From assembly GCA_965113315.1 (NCBI GenBank), contig OZ220363.1: a stretch of DNA of 64,000 nt; one strand, written 5' to 3'. The number at the start of each line of letters is the position of its first letter. Positions within the stretch are counted from its first letter, which is position 1. Source of the DNA: Podarcis vaucheri. Its lineage: Eukaryota. Both the position numbers and the translations under genes were made by a program. The notes below the pieces were generated by a model. The model searched no databases and was not told where the DNA came from. It worked only from the letters and a program-made list of their open reading frames with translations. Positions 57,015-64,000 of this stretch are shown here, in pieces.

Positions 57015-57741
57015 CTCATCTTCTTAAATTCAGTGGGGCTTATTTCATAGTAAGTACACCAGGCTTGGTTGAATGTAGCTTGCTGATAATTTAAATGTAA
57101 GCCATCACCAATATTTCATTTTCAATCCAAACTGATTTGCTTAAATAATCAATCACGGCCCAAACATTTGCTTCTCATCAAGTGAGGCTGATCTGTTGTA
57201 ATCTAATTACTGTGTCAGAAAACTGACAAGCAATTTAACCAACAATGAAAATACACTGTAAATAACACACATATGGAATGCATCCAGGATGTTTGATATC
57301 AGATCAGTAATTCATACTACATAAACCGCATCTTAACAAATAATATTTGAAAATGAGTGGTTTCGACGCGGTAATAGTAACAGCCTGATGGCAAGGACCT
57401 GTTCCGCTAGCATGTATGTGTCAGGACAGATTGTGTTGGCCATTGCAAATTGAAAATGTAGTCACTATTTCACTAGTTTTACAAAAAATGGACTCTCCAA
57501 ATAAAGCCAATATACAAATATCCCTGCACAATTATTTAGGTTTAGGGTTACATATTAGACCTTTCTATGCATTACTTGCATGTAGGGAGTAAATATGTAG
57601 GGTGAGGAGTGGGGCTGGTGCTTTTGGTTCAGTCCCCAATGTCATGTATTTTTCTCTCTCCATTTGCATATTGCACTTGGTTGCATGAGAAGAAAGGTAC
57701 CTTCCAGCTTAATCAGATACCCCAGTCATACACACTTTTAT

Positions 57742-57978
57742 TGGGGTTGCCGTATTTTGAAAAGTTGTGTTGAGGTGTTGTGTTGTTGTTTTTAAAACGT
57801 TGTTGAGCTTTTTTTTATGGCAAATTCGCCAAGAAGAAGAAAACGTTTTCGAGCTATTTTTCAGGGAAATTGGCAAAAACAATATGGCCGACATGGCTTG
57901 ACATTTTTTTTGTGCGGGTTTCCACCTGGACACTGATTCCGTGTATGTCCGGGAAATTCCAAATCTACGGCAACCCTA
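57742..57978. mobile_element. hAT (Blackjack-like) MITE
   Basis: TIR GGGTTGCCGTA…TACGGCAACCC; TSD not clear. Confidence 0.6.
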
Positions 57979-58721
57979 GTTTTCTTTTCACGCAGCAGCG
58001 TACATCAAGTGGTTCGTGGAAGAAAAATATGCAGGGCAGAGTCTGAATACCAGTTGCAGGGAATCACAAAGGGGAGGGTGCTATTGCCCCAATATTCTGC
58101 ATGGTCTTCTGTTTTTATGTTCTACAAGCACGACCCTTCTCAGTCTGCTCAAAAGCTCTGGAGCCAACTGAGGATTCCCAGGTAAGATCCTCCCTCTATT
58201 GTGTGGGCAGATAGTCCCTCCCCCTACCTGGCCTGGTCACCTTGGCAACGCTTCCATAGGCAGGATTGGGCAAGTGACTGAGGTAGGCGGAGACCTTCAG
58301 GTATCCCACCTGGGGGAAGGTGAAGCCAAGCCTGTGCTAATGGGGCCGCATAGGGTCCAGGGGCTACACGCAACCACGCAAAGGGTGCCCCCCCCATTTA
58401 ATGTGGGGAGCGGTCATTATGTTCTACAAGTATGACCCTGCTCAGTCTGCTCAAAAAGGGCCTCTCTTGTACCTGTATATAATAGAGGGGAGGAGGAATA
58501 AGAACAGCAGTGCAGCTAGAGATGGACCTCTCCCACAGATCAGGCCTCCCCAAATAACCACTCAGAGAGTGGCAGGTGATGATTGGAGCACGGCAGACAG
58601 GTCTCCAGACCTGGGCCTGCGTGGAAGCGATGCCACGGGACAGTCTAGATCACAAACACATAGCTCCTAAAACTCTTTTTTATTATTTCTTTAGCCCTCA
58701 GACTTCTTTCTTAGCAGTTTA

Positions 58722-58963
58722 CAGTGGTACCTCAGGCTAAGTATTTAATTCGTTCCGGAGGTCTGTTCTTAACCTGAAACTGTTCTTAAACTGAAGCACC
58801 ACTTTAGCTAATGGGGCCTCCTGCTGCCGCTGCACCGCCGGAGCCCGATTTCTGTTCTTGTCCTGAAGCAAAGTTCTTAACCTGAAGCACTATTTCAGGG
58901 TTAGTGGAGTGTGTAACCTGAAGCATATGTAACCTGAAGAATATGTAACCTGAGGTACCACTG
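58722..58963. mobile_element. pogo/Tigger-like MITE, copy 4
   Basis: TIR and TA TSD. Confidence 0.88.
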
Positions 58964-59516
58964 TACTGTAACTCCTGAAACGCATTCCATTCTGCACATG
59001 GATAACTCCGGTGGTTAGCTGTAGTTACGGGTTAGCTAGCTCCTCTCTCACGTGTTGATTTTTTTTATGGCCGCATTACACCCCTGGACCTGAGGCTTCC
59101 CCCCACCCTAGACCATATTCCCTGCCCCACACCAGCTCATTGCCCACCCTAACTGGCTTAATTCTGCTCCCTCCACTATTCTTCCAGCAGTCGTGGTTGG
59201 TTGTCATAACCCGAATTCACCATTCCTACTTCATCAATCTACTTTCCTTCTGTGGTGGCTATGGAAGAAGTGAAGATGCTTCTTCAACGGCCATAGCAAA
59301 AGTCAGTCAGGCTGGTAAAGTAGTGACAAAGCGTTTTGCTTCCGCAGCCTTCTTGCCTAACATGAGAGAGCCCCTTTCTCACTAAGCAGGATGAAAATGA
59401 AGTGAGGTTTGTGAGGTTTATGAGGAGAGTCTGCAAAGCATGCTATGGCATGACTCATTTGCATCATATTGTGCTGGTGGCTGAATTCTGTCACCCTGCA
59501 GTGTGGACAGGAATAG

Positions 59517-59867
59517 GTAAAGGTAAAGGGACCCCTGACCATTAGGCCCAGTCGTGACTGACCCTGGGGTTGCAGCGCTTGTCTTGCTTTATTGGCCGAG
59601 GGAGCCGGCGTACAGCTTCCGGGTCATGTGGCCAGCATGACTAAGCCACTTCTGGCGAACCAGAGCAGCTCACAGAAACGCCGTTTACCTTCCTGCCAGA
59701 GCGGTACCTATTTATCTACTTGCACTGGCGTGCTTTCGAACTGCTAGGTTGGCAGGAGCAGGGACCGAGCAACGGGAGCTCACTCCGTCGCGGGGATTCG
59801 AACTGCCAACCTTTTGATCGGCAAGCCCTTGGCTCTGTGGTTTAACCCACAGCACTACCCGCGTCCC
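59517..59867 (-). mobile_element. Sauria SINE with 15-bp TSD TGTGGACAGGAATAG
   Basis: Reverse complement of the 4733 copy; TSD at 59502-59516 and 59870-59884. Confidence 0.92.
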
Positions 59868-60424
59868 TATGTGGACAGGAATAGCCAGAGCCTATTTCAT
59901 TGTATGCCATCATGTGTGTGAGACATTTCCCCTACAAGTCAAGGGACAATGGGCCTTGCGAGTGGATTATGCAAGGGGAACATCTTAAATTGGTCAGACA
60001 AATCTCTTTCTAAACTACATGAATAGATAGAATCTGCAGGTCCCTTATATGTGTGTGTTAAATGTAACTTATTTCACGCATTCCAATTTAAGAGCACATT
60101 CTTTGATATGCTAATGTGGATTTGAAAGTGTCATAACTTCCCTTTTAATAATACGTTCCGTGATAGTGATGCAAACTGTAATTATATATCATGGGCTCAA
60201 GCCTAGCATCTACTTATATGTGTGTCAAGTGCATTTATTTCTAAATATATAATTGTGTCAAGTACTTAGAATAGTAGGCAAAAATAAGGGGGAAAGCAAG
60301 GGGAAATCTCCTAAGGCAGACTGCGATCTACTCCCACTATTAACAAACTGGCAGGGATCTACCCACTGGATTGACCAAAGTTGTTGATCAGTGGTTAGCC
60401 CCGCGATTGACCAGAGTAGATTGC

Positions 60425-60762
60425 TGTTATGTACTGAGTTGAATAGGATCCAAAATGCAGCAGTCTGATTGGTCCTAGAACAATAGGATCCAAAATGCAG
60501 CAATCTGATTGGTCCTAGAACAACAGGATCCAAAATGCAGCAGTCTGATTGGTCTGCAGGAGCCACCGAATCCAGCTCCAGATGGAAGTGAATCCACAAC
60601 CTGTTTGGCCTACAGGAGAGTTCCGGAATTAGCCAATCACGTGTAGCCCATTGTGTAAATAATGTATATAAAGCAGATACTTTGGGGAAACTTTCATTCC
60701 TCCTCACCACTATGAGCTGAATAAAGAGCATGAAATCCACTCTCGACTCCAAGTATATTTCA
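60425..60762 (+). mobile_element. solo LTR, same family as 55738-56075, opposite orientation
   Basis: TGTTA…TTTCA, flanks ATTGC/GTTGC, TATATAAA and AATAAA. Confidence 0.85.
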
Positions 60763-60973
60763 GTTGCGATCGACCAGTTGGACATGCCTGCCCTAAGGCG
60801 TATGAGAATGCAAGGAAAACCCCAGGAAAGAACATATGGACTAGAGAATTTGATGATAAAATGGCATGCCATATAATAGCTTTTAAAGAGGGGGGCATTG
60901 CAATGACCTCAGTGGGGTGAATGAAGAGGTTGCAGAGAATTACAGCCATCAACTGCATTCAGACATCACAAAT

Positions 60974-61921
60974 CATGGGCGTAGCCAAGATTTATTTTAG
61001 GGGGGGCAAGCTTTATGTTGGGGGGGCAGAACCAAGTTATTTGTAATGAAATTGGTCAGTTAGTTAAGAATCCCCCCATTTATTTATTTATTATTAATGT
61101 TGCAATACATACAATATGAGACAACTTCATCGACTACAGTGGTGCCTTGCGTTACAGACGCTTCAGGTTACATACGCTTCAGGTTACAGACTCTGCTAAC
61201 CCAGAAATAGTGCTTCAGGTTAAGAACTTTGCTTCAGGATAAGAACAGAAATCGTGCTCCTGCGGCACGGCAGCAGCAGGAGGCCCCATTAGCTAAAGTG
61301 ATCCTTCGGGTTAAGAACAGTTTCAGGTTAAGAACGGACCTCTGAAACGAATTAAGTACTTAACCCGAGGTACCACTGTATATGGAATCTTTACATACAT
61401 TACTTTTCTGTGGCGATCACACAGGGTCCCCGGACATTTCACCGTCTATTGATCCCTGTGCCACCACTTTATTTCTCACTGCCACCACCCAGGCCCTACC
61501 TGGGTAAAATACTGAGTCCAGTCAGGGTTAAATTGGAACATAAACTTCTGTTTATTTATTGCAGTTTAACAGGCGTGTGGCTTCATAAACAGTATCGGTC
61601 CATTACAACCATGGGGTGCCTATCCAGACCTATAACTTCTGCTAAATCACTCACTAAACCACCTCTCAGATTTTTACTTGTGTTCCTGACTCAGCTTATT
61701 TCGCTACACTAACTCAACCTACCTACAGAATACATGATATTCATAAATTCACATTTTCACATTTCATTATGTACCAGCATTTATCCATTTCTTATTTCTT
61801 GCCCTGTGTCTTCCCTCCCCCCATGCGTGACTTCCTTGTTATTATTTTGTTAAGAATTTTTATTAATTTACTTGATGGGGGGGGGCAGATGCCTGCCTGC
61901 ATCCCCCTGGCTAAGCCCATG
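60974..61921. mobile_element. hAT-type MITE carrying nested insertions (non-LTR 3' end, Tigger-like MITE 61137-61378, LTR fragment 61409-61720)
   Basis: TIR CATGGGCGTAGCCA…TGGCTAAGCCCATG; flanks TCACAAAT/TCACAAGC; inner TSD GTTAAGAAT. Confidence 0.7.
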
Positions 61922-62158
61922 TCACAAGCCATAGTTTATCATGACAAAAATGAGCCTGGGGTTCTGTGCCCCCCCCTCTCCTCTGGCACAGCCATGATGA
62001 GGAGCTTGCACGTTTTTGCTTCTTCCACTTTTGATTAATCTCAGTTAGCATGGTATCTGAACCCTAGACCTGGACTTTTTGCTTGCACTCTGGACACTGT
62101 CTGTTTCCCCTGAAGTCCTACAGAACTTGACTGCGGGGAAACGTCTATTCAGCTAGAT

Positions 62159-62656
62159 CAGGGGTCTGCAACCCGCGGCTCCGGAGCCGCATGTGGCTCT
62201 TTTACACCTTTGCCGCGGCTCTGGGGCGGATACTAGCGAGGGGAGGAGGCGCATTGTGCGCCCTGACACTCCCCACTGTCGCGGGCGCTGTACTGGCTGT
62301 GACGTCGCATGGGGGCGGTGCGTGCGTTAGTCACGCACCGTCCCGACGTCACCTTCCTGCCCGCCCGCCCACTACATTGTAAGGGGCATGAACGCTGGTC
62401 ACTGCATTGAAAGGGGGCATGTACGCTGGTCACTGTTTTGAAGGGGAGTGAAGAACACACACACACAAAAAGGTAACTTGTTAATTTAACGTTTATTTCT
62501 ATGAGGAGGAGTAATTCTGAGGGGCCAAACAAAGAAATAATAATAAAAGTGACAAAAAAGTTATTTTTATAATGACGAGTTTTGCGGCTCAGGGTTTTTT
62601 TTTCTTTGGAAACGGGTCCAAGTGGCTCTTTTTGTCTTAAAGGTTGCAGACCCCTG
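62159..62656. mobile_element. hAT/Charlie-like non-autonomous transposon with 8-bp TSD AGCTAGAT
   Basis: agctagat|caggggtctgcaacc…ggttgcagacccctg|agctagat; CpGs retained. Confidence 0.9.
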
Positions 62657-62664
62657 AGCTAGAT

Positions 62665-63230
62665 GGATTAAAAGGGTAAAAGAGTATTGGGAAATGATAT
62701 ATAATGAATAGGGTAAAAATATTTTAAAAGTACTTTTCAAAAAAACCCCAAAGTCTTTTTTGTTGGGGATAATTCAGAGGGCAATTCCCAGGTGTCAAAA
62801 GAGACTATTTATGTATGCTACTACGGCAGCCCGTGTTTTGTTAGCCCAAAAATCGAAAACGAGTGAGGTTCCAACCAAAGAAGAATGGCAACTTAAACAG
62901 ATGGAATACGCGCAGCTTGAAGATTTAACATATAGAACAAGAGAACAAGAAGAAAGTACGTTTAAAGAAGACTGGAAAATGTTTACTGAATATATAGGTG
63001 AATATAGTGTTCATTTAAAAATGCTGGTAGCATTAAGATAAATTCAACAGTGTAAATAAGTTTTGATGGATGTAATAATGGAACACTGAACGGTTTAGTT
63101 CATGTAAAATAGGCAGGGATGTATGGTATGCAAAATGAACCAAGGAAAAGAGAAGAAGGGAAGTCATTGATTTAAGGTTGTTTAAATGAGTATTTTGAAA
63201 TGGAAATGATAAAATTTAATAAAAATTATG
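62665..63230 (+). mobile_element. L1 LINE 3' fragment (ORF2 C-terminus, 3' UTR, AATAAA)
   Basis: LFMYATTAARVLLAQK…PTKEEW…W-type C-terminus of non-mammalian L1 ORF2; AATAAA ~63218. Confidence 0.7.
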
Positions 63231-63237
63231 TATATAT

Positions 63238-63574
63238 GGGATGCAGGTGGCACTGTGGGTTAAACCACAGAGCCTAGGACCTGCCGATCAGAAGGTCGGC
63301 GGTTCGAATCCCCGCGATGGAGTGAGCTCCCGTTGCTCGGTCCCTGCCCCAAACCTAGCAGTTTGAAAGCACATCAGAGTGCAAGTAGATAAATAGGTAC
63401 CACTCCAGTGGGAAGATAAATGGCATTTACGTGCGCTGTTCTGGTTCACCAGAAGTGGCTTAGCCATGCTGGCCACATGACCCAGAAGCTGTACACCGGC
63501 TCCCTTGGCCAGTAAAGCGAGATGAGCGCCACAACCCCAGAGTCGGCCACGACTGCACCTAATGGTCAGGGGTC

Positions 63575-63575
<1 letters not shown>
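63238..63575 (+). mobile_element. Sauria SINE ending in a (CA)n tract
   Basis: Homologous to the 4733 copy. Confidence 0.9.

Positions 63576-63577
<2 letters not shown>

Positions 63578-63623
<46 letters not shown>
63578..63623. repeat. (CA)n microsatellite
   Basis: Direct reading. Confidence 0.95.
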
Positions 63624-63625
<2 letters not shown>

Positions 63626-64000
63626 GCCTGATTAAATATAAGGCAGATTCCTATGTACCTATGATCCCGCAACTCCAAGGGTTTTTGGTGGGGGCAGGCA
63701 TCTCTCCCCCAGCCATTCCCAAGGATGCAGGCTCTCCTTTCTTCCAAAGCAACTTCATTGACAGAGCAATTGCTCCATTAGCTTGCATAGGAGAAAAGAA
63801 GAGGCTGGGAGTGGACAAGGAGAGAGTCTCGTCCCTTTTGCAAGGATGCTTGAGGTAACAGGGTCCTTGCTGTTGGCGGTTGCATTCCAGCCCTACTCAT
63901 CACTTGGGATCCAACCTATTATTTCCTCCTGTGCACGTTTATGGAGATCTCTCACACTATTAACTTGCATTAACTGTATTCAGACATGTGCAGGCATGTA

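Noticed and set aside
47100-64000. CYBRD1 exons expected by synteny upstream of DYNC1I2
   Set aside because: No cytochrome b561-like coding sequence recognised; the gene probably lies beyond the window

Overview
Vertebrate (squamate, probably lacertid lizard, judged from Sauria SINE, Squam3-like, tRNA-Lys/CR1 SINE and BovB content) genomic window. It holds the last four coding exons and 3' UTR of SLC25A12 (aralar; + strand, 2243-6107), tail-to-tail with a complete DYNC1I2 gene (cytoplasmic dynein intermediate chain 2; - strand, 16 coding exons 41776-9546, 629 aa with the 60-nt cassette exon, all GT-AG and in phase) and its CpG-island promoter (~45450-46400; NRF1 and ZNF143/THAP11 motifs). DYNC1I2 intron 3 carries an intronless, disabled internal fragment of UBASH3B (retrocopy). 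The rest is intronic/intergenic DNA dense in transposons (L2, CR1, BovB, L1, RTE-like, several SINEs, solo LTRs, Tc1/pogo- and hAT-type MITEs, many with visible TSDs), several motif-dense candidate enhancers, and a 300-N gap. No new coding system was found. The best leads are the UBASH3B retrocopy, splicing features of the DYNC1I2 5' region (tandem in-frame acceptors, candidate micro/poison exons, an inverted MITE pair around exons 2-3) and candidate conserved non-coding elements. Repeat family names come from recognition, not from a database search.
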